Shown piece by piece: positions 36,401 to 43,336 of a stretch of 45,002 nt of DNA. The DNA is from a virus. Below the pieces are notes generated by a model that worked only from the letters and a program-made list of their open reading frames with translations, was not told the origin of the DNA and did not search any database. The position numbers and the translations under genes were made by a program. Every line of letters starts with the position of its first letter. The first letter of the stretch is position 1. Location: positions 1 through 45,002 of IMG/VR virus record IMGVR_UViG_3300045988_174610; one strand, written 5' to 3'.

Positions 36401-38261
36401 ACTCATCGGCGCATTGATGCACATCGGCAACGAGTCGAACAAGTCGAAGATGCTCATTGGTGGACGCGGTGAAGATGCTTCGTGGGCGGATCGTGTCGTA
36501 CTGGCAAACGGCGAAGTGATCTACTCCTATGCGCGTTGGGACCGCTTCTTTGCTCGGGCCATGCGCGAAGGCATCATCACAAAAGACGACATGGACTTTG
36601 TACAAGCCGTTTGGGATCTGCTCGAAGAAACCAAGGGCATGTCTCAGAAGGCTTTCAAGGAGTACTACGGCTTCTACTTCGACGAAGTGCAGGCTTCGCC
36701 CGTTGTAACTCCATGGGGCATCTACCGTGGCGGCTACGTTCCCGCAGCCACTGATCCGATGCTTGTAGCCGGGCGCGACAAGCAGATCGAACAGGATCTT
36801 TTTGAGTCGCAGAGCGAATACCAAGACATGATGCCTGTGACGCAGCCCGGTTGGTCGAAGGCACGTGAGAAGAAGTACTACAAGCCGTTAGTACTCAACG
36901 TCGGCATGCTTGGTGCACACATCCAGAGCGTCGTGAAGTTCGCGATGATGGCGCCGGCGGTGAAGAACGTACAGCGCATCGTCAAAGATCGCCGCTTTGC
37001 GGACCTGATGAACGACATCGATCCCAAGGTCATCAGTGACATGCTTACGCCTTGGCTGCGTCGCTCTGCCACGCAGACAATATCAACTCCCACGAATGCC
37101 TTCGGGCGAATTCTCAATCAGGTTCGCGGCCTTGCCGGCATGAGCCTGATGGCGGGCAACGTGGCAAACGTGCTGCAGCAGTACACAGGATTCAGCATCG
37201 CCATGTCGGAAGTAGGCGCCAGAAACACTGCTCAAGGCCTGAAGGAATACTTGCGCGATACGAAGTCTGCATATGCCCGAGTGACGGAAGCATCGACCTT
37301 CATGAAGGGCCGACTCGAAGACTTCTGTTTTGAGTACCAAAACGAAGTCAACCGAATTGCCTCCTCTCGCGCTCCGACAAAGGTTGAAGAAGTGCGCGAC
37401 TGGACGCAGCGGAAGGCTTACATTCTGCAGACTCTTGCGCAGCGGACCATCGACATCCCCGTGTGGCTTGCGGCCTACAACCAGGCAATTACGGAAAAAG
37501 GCATGGCTGACGCGGATGCGGTGTTCTACGCCGACAGCGTAGTGCGACGCACGCAGTCCTCTTTTGCCCCTGAGTCCGTGTCCAGGGTGGAAACAGGCGA
37601 CCCGCTTCAGCGCAGCATTCTTGTGTTCTACAACTACTTCAACATGCAGCTGAACCTGCTTCGCGAGAGTTACACGAGAGCTAAGACAACAGGGAAATAC
37701 GGTCGCTTTACTTTGGACTTCGCGATGATTGTGGCCATTCCCGCAATCCTTTCCGAAGTGATTGCACAGGCATTCAGCGGGTTTGATACGGGCGACGACG
37801 ATGATTGGGACGCAGTCGACGGGCTTCAGCTTGCGATCACATCGGTCAACAAAAACATGGTGGCCATGCTTCCGTTCTTTGGAAACGTCATCAATATGAC
37901 AGGCACGAAGATGTCTAGAGGCGACTATGGCGCCGTGAGCGACGTCTCAAAGATGCTCTTCGGCAACGATCCGTACAACGACAAACTTGTAAGTGTGCCG
38001 GTCATGTCGTTGTTCGAGAACTCAGCCGAGGGCGCTAAGAACCTACTTCTTCTGCTCTTTAGCGAAGAGTACGATCCGGATCCCCGACGCGCAGCACGCA
38101 ACACGCTTGACCTATTGACCTTGATGACAGGTATTCCGTTCAGCGGCGTAAAGAAGCCTGTTGGATATTTGGCCGGTGTTGCGGGTGACGAATACAGCGT
38201 TGACAACCCGGTTGATTTCACGCGCGGATTTATCAGCGGCAAAGATCCGAACGCTGAGTAG
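30438..38261 (+). CDS. Giant (2607 aa) internal virion / polyvalent ejection protein with HExxH metallopeptidase motif
   Basis: Single uninterrupted 7.8-kb ORF. Glycine-zipper hydrophobic segments near aa 250-330 and near the C-terminus. WHGSPHQFDRF..IGSGEGAQMHGWGLYFA motif at about nt 33336-33440. FSHEMGHWY (HEMGH at nt 34380-34394). Confidence 0.8.
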   Translation: MKENLNPAFEAIDELAAEQKQRQEQTGAQMQAYTKQLESVQQEAETNSNPAFAVIDEMQAERRRSAGALVSGDAMKAAKVRDLSERYGTTRTAAEINYDTLFAQANRDDADEALTQAPSLAKYFAENQKDAPIFKDDLGVLSRIEEGFRKIGSRYSSNSNEPVDAQPNAKYWDTEETTGDAALDERIRPMVNSSQIGRGAQAGWLIGQQGLMWAEAGNNKARLNDEFKKRDKEIDKDLEQLAGDDSDAAFYNAAQIVGTMLSTMLGGSEGAVAGGALATGAMAVGAAPASVPILLGGMALGMGTEGTRKVEGGLSLKTLIDQGVPYEKAVQIAGSVGAVNALIEMGGVSVLGKAFSPIAKSLNSLFTSKSVKALESPTLRGAFMDVARLYTMGVGQEVITEAAQEVTSMVGEEVGRLWGETGAKGISMDEAIDRILDVGEMTLKGSAVLGALSTGPVMVNHAAKINRANQTKEFFENLTQDVAQMKGANLSPGATKEVIDGVAQDAGAGTIYVDGYAFRQVMVEAGVRPEDLEQVVPGLSQQVDAAAVNGTDVTMSTGDFAARLAASPFGQKLVPHMRLNENDLSQVEADNLEKSVKQMRRAAVRYAINPDEQIVDPDELKVENDATLTPEQKKEQRKAIRTGREQRRQADKDARDAYVTGITNSLTQAGFSSREARTQARFAGAVMSNLAKRLEIPVQEAVDRYGVNVSVSDDSPSGNRFNMPITQGIEWPMGPSKTIKPDDTLTVIRVTNAPVSRKEAVAQAADVFSRGVTNKSTGFVLTASRSDMKKAAGGIGSLKERVFTAVAMDIARIAEESILVESHVDVQHRNPKVQGVHHFIAPVEFGGKLWRVQLLVRDIVEPKNDRAIVHSVDGIDIQEMETPPGGISQSESGASYVNGVAAADNRLVRLDTDSGPTDRTLSLTDLIGGRVPYERADGRGLFDAVEESSFAENGVYYEAPVFNQTAWHGSPHQFDRFSTEHIGSGEGAQMHGWGLYFADDQAVADRYRGSLVIGRGGNEYSIAYKGARPEELPQSLRVGLERLKGNVLHIDSDIRREYESLVYSLNERFEAADRIAKVYEGLIAQIDENPKQSISSFLARVPEDEKYRADLAVKSARAAAKNEGRRASVHDVRTQLNDSLAAVDQQRRENKEPLDALRQIDPDDLTVEYDSGRVFKVDIPDPDKMLDEQKLWGAGSNFELKAKIRGMISEWNGDHLDTEQMIYVPDRPTGRDVYQAISKAMGGPKQASLWLKDRGIEGITYVGGTDGRCYVVFDDQAIEVLDFYQRQGGESLGSYSPTENRITLTPNADLSTFSHEMGHWYLNTLFAVARAGDATPSILEDVNAVMKEFGLSGIAEWDALGFEGQRKYHERFASWTEQYLAEAKAPVGLKKFFRTLGKFIRDAYRTFMAGVVEGTQTRYRQETGEELPMFSEEVRRVLDRMVAGEAAVEQNEQAQSLTPLFETKPDGMSDEEWREYAAEHDDAVQSGAELLAKAQAKDERWYSNARSKILKEMQARAEEIRKNTRERVEARLMKSREFTALNILQSSDRPGIAFDARIDPKSLDGLLEAGQIEILRKAGMLKDGGVDVKVSRELLRPFANFRSDRTFLNGLLRVADKERVIEEQTTAECLKKYGELFDPVKRDKTVSKALHNEARGRMVATELKYLINDKEARSRVYLAAARQAAMALVDRTRIGKAKVATFLSAEGRAARRALEAFRKGDLEAAANFKRQQIVNHEAARLVSEAEDKRERLKELRNLVFKSDKKLAARYDTNIMAVARAVLTNRNMGKATENVDDAVEEILKKVKQYDPEIFEGLKSFMDRHPYSPGRDPSMLTVAGFIGVVDDVQALVKLARDARQITLDGKKQDLDQAIEALKKAILSADNTRFRPGQERASTKKEENRKLYFTARAFVMRVENWCRAMDNGQDLGPFTRYIFRPVADAAAKYRVKNAEIQERFAALIKPMEEKWEEVGEIEAPELGYTFERKSELIGALMHIGNESNKSKMLIGGRGEDASWADRVVLANGEVIYSYARWDRFFARAMREGIITKDDMDFVQAVWDLLEETKGMSQKAFKEYYGFYFDEVQASPVVTPWGIYRGGYVPAATDPMLVAGRDKQIEQDLFESQSEYQDMMPVTQPGWSKAREKKYYKPLVLNVGMLGAHIQSVVKFAMMAPAVKNVQRIVKDRRFADLMNDIDPKVISDMLTPWLRRSATQTISTPTNAFGRILNQVRGLAGMSLMAGNVANVLQQYTGFSIAMSEVGARNTAQGLKEYLRDTKSAYARVTEASTFMKGRLEDFCFEYQNEVNRIASSRAPTKVEEVRDWTQRKAYILQTLAQRTIDIPVWLAAYNQAITEKGMADADAVFYADSVVRRTQSSFAPESVSRVETGDPLQRSILVFYNYFNMQLNLLRESYTRAKTTGKYGRFTLDFAMIVAIPAILSEVIAQAFSGFDTGDDDDWDAVDGLQLAITSVNKNMVAMLPFFGNVINMTGTKMSRGDYGAVSDVSKMLFGNDPYNDKLVSVPVMSLFENSAEGAKNLLLLLFSEEYDPDPRRAARNTLDLLTLMTGIPFSGVKKPVGYLAGVAGDEYSVDNPVDFTRGFISGKDPNAE

Positions 38262-38318
38262 CGTCCATAAACTCTTGAGTGCCGATGCGAGACTTCCAAC
38301 AAATGATTGGGGTCTCGC

Positions 38319-40634
38319 ATGGCACTTGCTTCTGAAACCAGACGGTCTCCTCGATACGTTGGAACCGGCACCGAAAAAACTTTCACGTTCGCCTTCAAGC
38401 TTCTCAAGCCTGAAGACGTTGACGTGCGCGTAGCTTTGAGCGGAGAGGATGAGGCGTCGCTTGCGACAAGCGAATACTCCGTCACGCTCAACGCAAACCA
38501 GGACAACAATCCGGGCGGCACGGTAACCCTTGTCTCTCCTCTGGCGCAGGGCGCGGTGCTGGTCATCGTGTCCGCGACGCCTTACTTGCAACCGTCCGTT
38601 TACACAAACCGCGGTGGCTTCTATCCGGAGCAGCTCAACACAAACTTGGATCGCCTCACGATCCTCACGCAACAGCTCAAGGAACAATCCGAACGCGCTC
38701 TGATCGTTCCGGTTACGTCCGAAAAGACGCCGGAAGAGACGATGACGGAAATTCTGGACGTGGCAGACAAGGCCAACGAGTACGCCCAGAAAGCCGAAGA
38801 GACTTATCAGGAAGTGCTCGAGACGCAAGAAGAAATTCTCGAGACTCAAAATCAAGTCGATGCAGCTCTGGCGGAAGTTGAGTCGGATCGTCAAGAAGTC
38901 GCGGAGAACACGCAAAGCGTTTCCGAGATGCTCCAGCGAGCAGAAGAAATCGATGCGGGCGTTCAGGAAGTTCTCCCGGTTGTCGATGATATTGCTTCCA
39001 TTGGCGATCACATGGAGAGCGTCATCACTGTTGCTGATGATCTCCAGGGGTATCCGATTGCCTCCATGGACTTCGGCTCCATTACTGATCCGTCTGAACC
39101 TACTACGGTTGTTGACGGAGGCAATATCAAGGCTGTTGCTGACAACATTGCGGACGTTTCGAACGTTGCCGAAAACGTCGATGATGTTGTCCAGGCGGTG
39201 GGGAAAGCTGAGGAGGCCATTGCTTCTGCAAGTGCAGCTGCTGCGTCAGCTTCTGCTGCGGATGCTTCAGCGAAGGCAGCCGCCGCGTCCGCAGCTACAG
39301 CGCAAGCCGGAAGCGAAGCTGTCGAAGAGGGGTTGCAGGATGCACTGACGGCGATCGATACCGCGGCGCAATCGCAGGTGTCGAACCTTCAGTCTAAGGG
39401 GGCTGAACAGATTTCGGCGATCGGGAACGCTGGGGCGACACAGGTAGCAGCAATTGAGTCCGCGGGTCAGACTTACGCCGACCTTGCTGAGGCCTGGGCT
39501 CAGAAGATGGATGGTAAGGTCGAGGAGGATGCGTCAGACGCAGATGCTGGGTACTCGTCACGGTACTACGCAGGCCTTGCGCAAGACGCTGCAGATAGCG
39601 CCGCCTCGAATGCGACGCTCGTCTCTCAGAGCGTATCTACCGCCGTAACCAAAGCACAAGAGGCAGAAGCCTCGGCAACCTCAGCAGCAGGAAGCGCGGG
39701 GCAGGCGGCCTCGTCGGCGAGCGATGCCGATGCTTCGGCACAGACGGCCACTACGAAGGCGAGCGAAGCCTCCGCATCCGCAACCGCCGCAAAGGGTTCA
39801 GAAACTGCGGCTGCAGGTAGTGCCACGTCGGCGTCGAATTCGGCCGGTGCCGCGGCAACGTCGGAAACCAACGCGAAGGCGTCGGAGGCTGCGGCAGCAC
39901 AGAGTGCCTCTGCAGCATCCACTTCAGAGACCAATGCGAGAACTTCGGAAACGAACTCAAAAGCTTCCGAAACGAATGCCAAAGGCTCGGAAACCGCTGC
40001 GGCTAGTAGTGCTTCGTCTGCTGGAAGTTCTGCAACAGCAGCTCAACGTGCTCAGACAGCGTCGGAAACAGCGAAAGGCCAGGCAGAAACTGCCCGTGAT
40101 GCGGCGATTGCCGCACAAACTGCGGCTGAAAATGCGAAGGCGGCGGCTGAAGCGGCACGCGACGAGGCACAAGAAATTTCCGGCTCCATCGGCGATCCTC
40201 TAGGAAAGGCAGAGGCGGAGACGCTTTACGCGAAGATTGCTCACGTACATGCGTTAAGCGTTGGCGGAGATGCAACAGGTTCTGCTTCCCTTGGCAAAGA
40301 GACCGCAACAATGACGTTGACCCTAACGAATAGCGGCGCGACGGCAGGGGCGTACGGACCAGAGGCTGACAGTCCTATTGCTTTCGGAGGAACGATCCTT
40401 GTCCCTAGCGTAACGGTCGATGCGAAAGGTCGCGTCACGTCGATTGTTTCTCGGACGCTCACGATGCCAGCGGAGATCACTTGGGCAATCATCCAGGGGA
40501 AACCGTCGGCGTTCACTCCAGCAGAGCACTCGCACACAATGGATCAAGTCACGGGCTTGGGGACACTTGCCTCAAAGAATGCTGTCGGAGCGGCGGACCT
40601 GGCTGACACACTGGATTTTGGAGGATTGGCGTAA
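38319..40634 (+). CDS. Tail fibre (long Ala/Ser/Thr/Glu-rich shaft, HxH-containing C-terminal repeats)
   Basis: N-terminal beta domain, coiled shaft with SETN(A/S)K heptad-like repeats, and C-terminal AHVH / PAEHSHTMDQVTGL fibre-repeat motifs. Confidence 0.75.
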   Translation: MALASETRRSPRYVGTGTEKTFTFAFKLLKPEDVDVRVALSGEDEASLATSEYSVTLNANQDNNPGGTVTLVSPLAQGAVLVIVSATPYLQPSVYTNRGGFYPEQLNTNLDRLTILTQQLKEQSERALIVPVTSEKTPEETMTEILDVADKANEYAQKAEETYQEVLETQEEILETQNQVDAALAEVESDRQEVAENTQSVSEMLQRAEEIDAGVQEVLPVVDDIASIGDHMESVITVADDLQGYPIASMDFGSITDPSEPTTVVDGGNIKAVADNIADVSNVAENVDDVVQAVGKAEEAIASASAAAASASAADASAKAAAASAATAQAGSEAVEEGLQDALTAIDTAAQSQVSNLQSKGAEQISAIGNAGATQVAAIESAGQTYADLAEAWAQKMDGKVEEDASDADAGYSSRYYAGLAQDAADSAASNATLVSQSVSTAVTKAQEAEASATSAAGSAGQAASSASDADASAQTATTKASEASASATAAKGSETAAAGSATSASNSAGAAATSETNAKASEAAAAQSASAASTSETNARTSETNSKASETNAKGSETAAASSASSAGSSATAAQRAQTASETAKGQAETARDAAIAAQTAAENAKAAAEAARDEAQEISGSIGDPLGKAEAETLYAKIAHVHALSVGGDATGSASLGKETATMTLTLTNSGATAGAYGPEADSPIAFGGTILVPSVTVDAKGRVTSIVSRTLTMPAEITWAIIQGKPSAFTPAEHSHTMDQVTGLGTLASKNAVGAADLADTLDFGGLA

Positions 40635-41044
40635 TGGCGAAAACAGTGCAGTGGCGAGGAGGAACCGCCGCAGAGCACGGAAATTTCACGGGTGCAGCTC
40701 GTGAGGTGACGGTGGAGACCGATACCGGAGCTCTGCGCGTACATGACGGTTCGACAGTCGGAGGGACTCGTATCGCAACCGAGGCAGAGCTTAAGCAGTG
40801 GGTCACGAGACAGCTTGATATCCAGACTCACGAGATAGCAGATATCACCGGATTGCAGGCGGCGCTCGACGCCACTGTGAAGACGACGGGCGACCAAACG
40901 ATCGAAGGCACCAAAACCTTCTCGGCCAAGATCGTGGCTTCTGCCGGCGTTCAAGGGAAAGCCGATTCGGCAGCTACCTCCGACGACGCTCAGTCCATGC
41001 TGGCCGCATTCCAAGAATTCGCACAGGAGAACGGAATTGTCTGA
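40634..41044 (+). CDS. Short tail-fibre stem with Mtd-like N-terminal domain; no receptor-binding domain
   Basis: MAKTVQWRGGTAAEHGNFTGAAREVTVETDTGALRVHDGSTVGG closely resembles my recollection of the Bordetella phage BPP-1 Mtd N-terminus (MSTAVQFRGGTTAQHATFTGAAREITVDTD...VHDGATAGG). It is followed by HEIADITGLQAALD...GDQTIEGTKTF fibre repeats and then stops at 136 aa. Confidence 0.7.
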   Translation: MAKTVQWRGGTAAEHGNFTGAAREVTVETDTGALRVHDGSTVGGTRIATEAELKQWVTRQLDIQTHEIADITGLQAALDATVKTTGDQTIEGTKTFSAKIVASAGVQGKADSAATSDDAQSMLAAFQEFAQENGIV

Positions 41045-41426
41045 CGATCTGAAAACTCTAGTCGCCCAGGAAGTCGCCAAACAGCTGGCGGCCATCGCGG
41101 CCGACCAAACAACGAAGAAGGTTCTCGAGTTTTTGAAGAACCGGAACTCGGCGCTTGCATACGTTGTCGATAAAGGCGAGTCCGGAGGAATCAGTTGGCG
41201 AATTTGGAGTGATGGATTGATCGAACAGTGGATGTCAGATCATTCCAAAAACAAAGCTTATACATTTCCAAAGCCATTCTCGTCAGATAGTTATTGTGTG
41301 ATAGGGATTGGTTTTCTGGTAGATGAAGTTGCGCAACAGTTTATCTATAAGAGCGCTACGGGATTCCAAACTGATTCCGCCGGGCATGCAACAGCAACAG
41401 ATTCGTGGTACGCAATCGGATATTGA
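41037..41426 (+). CDS. Tip cassette C1 (gp53-like C-terminal tail-fibre tip fold), no homopolymer (locked ON)
   Basis: TTG start 7 nt after AGGAGA, overlapping the stem-gene stop. Contains KKVLEFLKN helix, GESGG (GGA GGA at 41184-41189), ISWRIWSDGLIEQW core, and ends SWYAIGY. Confidence 0.65.
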   Translation: MSDDLKTLVAQEVAKQLAAIAADQTTKKVLEFLKNRNSALAYVVDKGESGGISWRIWSDGLIEQWMSDHSKNKAYTFPKPFSSDSYCVIGIGFLVDEVAQQFIYKSATGFQTDSAGHATATDSWYAIGY

Positions 41427-41435
41427 GGATTAGGT

Positions 41436-41796
41436 ATGGCAACAGCAGATCAAATCGTGAAGAAAGTCCTCACAGAGTTAAACAAAAAGATTGATTCAGT
41501 GGGGGGGGGTAGTCGATAGTTGGACGGACGGTCAAGGTAACTTTTGGCGGAAGTATTCTGACGGTTTCATTGTGCAAGGCGGAACAGAACCCTATACAGC
41601 GAAGTCAGGAGTCGTGACGTTTCACATTCCGTTTTCAACTGCTAATTGCGTAGTTGTAGCGCCGACAGCCGAAGTCACTTCAACTGATAGTGATGGTGTT
41701 GATATGGCAACTATGGTTTCTGACTTTACAGCTAGCTCTTTTAGATACTCCCGCAGTAGTGGAAGAACAGTCCCTTGGGTGGCGTATGGATACTAG
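41436..41796 (+). CDS. Tip cassette C2, phase-OFF in this assembly (G9; G8 gives a 119-aa protein)
   Basis: ATG at 41436 after GAGGA. MATADQIVKKVLTELNKKIDSVGG, then the G tract, then in the -1-shifted frame VVDSWTDGQGNFWRKYSDGFIVQGG...VPWVAYGY. The current frame stops at TAG 41517-41519. Confidence 0.7.
41501..41509 (+). repeat. G9 homopolymer in C2
   Basis: Counted directly: cagt GGGGGGGGG tagtcgatag. Confidence 0.95.
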
Positions 41797-41809
41797 AAAG
41801 GAAATCGAA

Positions 41810-42192
41810 ATGACAGAAGTAATTCCCCAGGTGGGGGGGTATCTGAAAACCCCACGACTAAAGCGGTTTTGTCTTGGTTCAAGACACAAATCGGAAAAGC
41901 CGACCAGGTTGTCGAGGAGTGGCACGAGGGTTCGGAATGGTACATAAAGCACTCGAATGGATTCATCGAACAGGGTGGGATTTATTCAACCTCAGATTCA
42001 GGCATAACAACAATATCTTTTATCGCCCCATTTTCAGAGGTTGAGACCGTGAGAGTGTTCGCCCACAGCGATAAGGCGCGTGATTCTGGGGATGAGTGGC
42101 ACAGCCACTTCCTACCGTACAACATTACTACAAATACTTTCACTCTTAGATCGGCAAATCCAGAACGGCGATGGTATGCCTGCGGCTATTAA
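41810..42192 (+). CDS. Tip cassette C3, phase-OFF in this assembly (G7; G8 gives a 127-aa protein)
   Basis: ATG at 41810 after AAGGA. MTEVIPQVGG, tract, then VSENPTTKAVLSWFKTQIGKADQVVEEWHEGSEWYIKHSNGFIEQGG...RRWYACGY in the other frame. The current frame runs to a stop at 41947. Confidence 0.7.
41833..41839 (+). repeat. G7 homopolymer in C3
   Basis: Counted directly: cag gt GGGGGGG tatctg. Confidence 0.95.
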
Positions 42193-42204
42193 ATGAGGTT
42201 AAAA

Positions 42205-42579
42205 ATGGCAGAAACAGACTTTTATATCGGACAAATCTTTGAGGAAACCTATCCTCCCGAGGCTGCGGTGTGGTGCAACAGCCACGGCGACCGCTACATC
42301 ACAGAGCTTGAAAAGGAAGGAGCCAAGCGCCGCTTCCAGATCGTGGCGGTGCCGGAGCCGACAACCGAGGAGATCGCCGCACAGGTGCGAGCAAAGCGCG
42401 ATGCCTTGCTGGCGGAGACGGACTTCCTGATGATGCCGGACTACCCGCTCGGCGAAGAAGACGCGACCGCCTTGAAGACCTATCGCCAGGGGCTGCGCGA
42501 CGTACCGACCCAGGAGGGCTTCCCGACCGAAATCACGTGGCCTGATTTTCCCGCAACGCTTTCCAAGAAGGTGGCTTAA
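42205..42579 (+). CDS. Tail-fibre assembly chaperone (Tfa-like)
   Basis: C-terminal pattern RAKRDALLAETDFLMMPDYPL......LKTYRQGLRDVPTQEGFPTEITWPDFP is the classic tail-fibre-assembly/DUF4376-type motif. Same TGAGGTTAAAAATGGCAGAA start context as C5. Confidence 0.7.
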   Translation: MAETDFYIGQIFEETYPPEAAVWCNSHGDRYITELEKEGAKRRFQIVAVPEPTTEEIAAQVRAKRDALLAETDFLMMPDYPLGEEDATALKTYRQGLRDVPTQEGFPTEITWPDFPATLSKKVA

Positions 42580-42948
42580 ATGGCAACAGCTGATTCGACC
42601 ATAAAAGCGGTCTTAAACCACCTCCTTCAGAATGGGGGGGGTAATCATAAAGTTATTGAAGAATGGCACAGTGAATCAGGAGGCCAGTGGTGGAGGAAGT
42701 GGTCTGATGGATATTTAGAGCAAGGCGGATTGTGGAATGAAGCTGGCCCTGCTGAAGGATATACAAACAGGACTATCACTCTTCCAGTCAGTTTTGGAAC
42801 AGTGAATTATGTCGTGGTTGTTCAGTCAGGTTTTCGAGAAAACTCTGGATTGGGAACTTACGTCTCGGAAAAAGATACTTCTTTTTTTAAAGCAAAAAGT
42901 GCATCTAATCCACCGAATGCTGCTACATGGTACGCTTGCGGATATTGA
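42580..42948 (+). CDS. Tip cassette C4, phase-ON (G8)
   Basis: MATADSTIKAVLNHLLQNGGGNHKVIEEWHSESGGQWWRKWSDGYLEQGG...ATWYACGY. Intact 122-aa ORF through the tract. Confidence 0.75.
   Translation: MATADSTIKAVLNHLLQNGGGNHKVIEEWHSESGGQWWRKWSDGYLEQGGLWNEAGPAEGYTNRTITLPVSFGTVNYVVVVQSGFRENSGLGTYVSEKDTSFFKAKSASNPPNAATWYACGY
42634..42641 (+). repeat. G8 homopolymer in C4
   Basis: Counted directly: cagaat GGGGGGGG taatcat. Confidence 0.95.
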
Positions 42949-42957
42949 GGTTTAAAA

Positions 42958-43325
42958 ATGGCAGAAGCGAATCAAACGATTAAGAAAGTTTTGAACCACC
43001 TGAATTCCAAGATCGGAACGGGGGGGTAGTCGATAGTTGGAGCGATGGGCAGGGGAACTTTTGGCGGAAGTACGCCGATGGGTGGATTGAACAGGGTGGC
43101 ATTATTGTGGATCAAAGCGAATCGAAAATCGAAACATTAACTTTCCACACCAGTTTTTCAAACACGAGCTATTCTCTTTTCCTAAGCAAACAAATTTCGT
43201 CGACTGACACATCGTTTTCTGCTAGGGCAATTGGTGATATGTATTCCGATAAGCAGGTGTCCAGTGTAAAGATTTTTCATTGGGGCTTGGCAACTAATTT
43301 GACTTGGTTTGCCTGCGGATATTAA
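42958..43325 (+). CDS. Tip cassette C5, phase-OFF in this assembly (G7; G8 gives a 122-aa protein)
   Basis: ATG at 42958 after GAGG. MAEANQTIKKVLNHLNSKIGTGG then an immediate TAG. The other frame continues VVDSWSDGQGNFWRKYADGWIEQGG...TWFACGY. Confidence 0.7.
43020..43026 (+). repeat. G7 homopolymer in C5
   Basis: Counted directly: ggaac GGGGGGG tagtcgatag. Confidence 0.95.
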
Positions 43326-43336
43326 AGGAAATAGAC

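Noticed and set aside
35160-36824. 554-aa minus-strand ORF (similar large minus-strand ORFs at 31659..32726, 29211..29870, 26163..26804, 23900..24583, 21741..22796 and 38112..39011)
   Set aside because: All lie antisense inside long, motif-supported late genes. They are typical shadow ORFs of G/C-ending codon usage, and none has a convincing start context.
39454-40311. Multiple 60-160-aa ORFs on both strands inside the fibre shaft region
   Set aside because: They are generated by the Ala/Ser/Thr/Glu codon repeats of the fibre gene and give Arg/Pro/Leu-rich nonsense translations.
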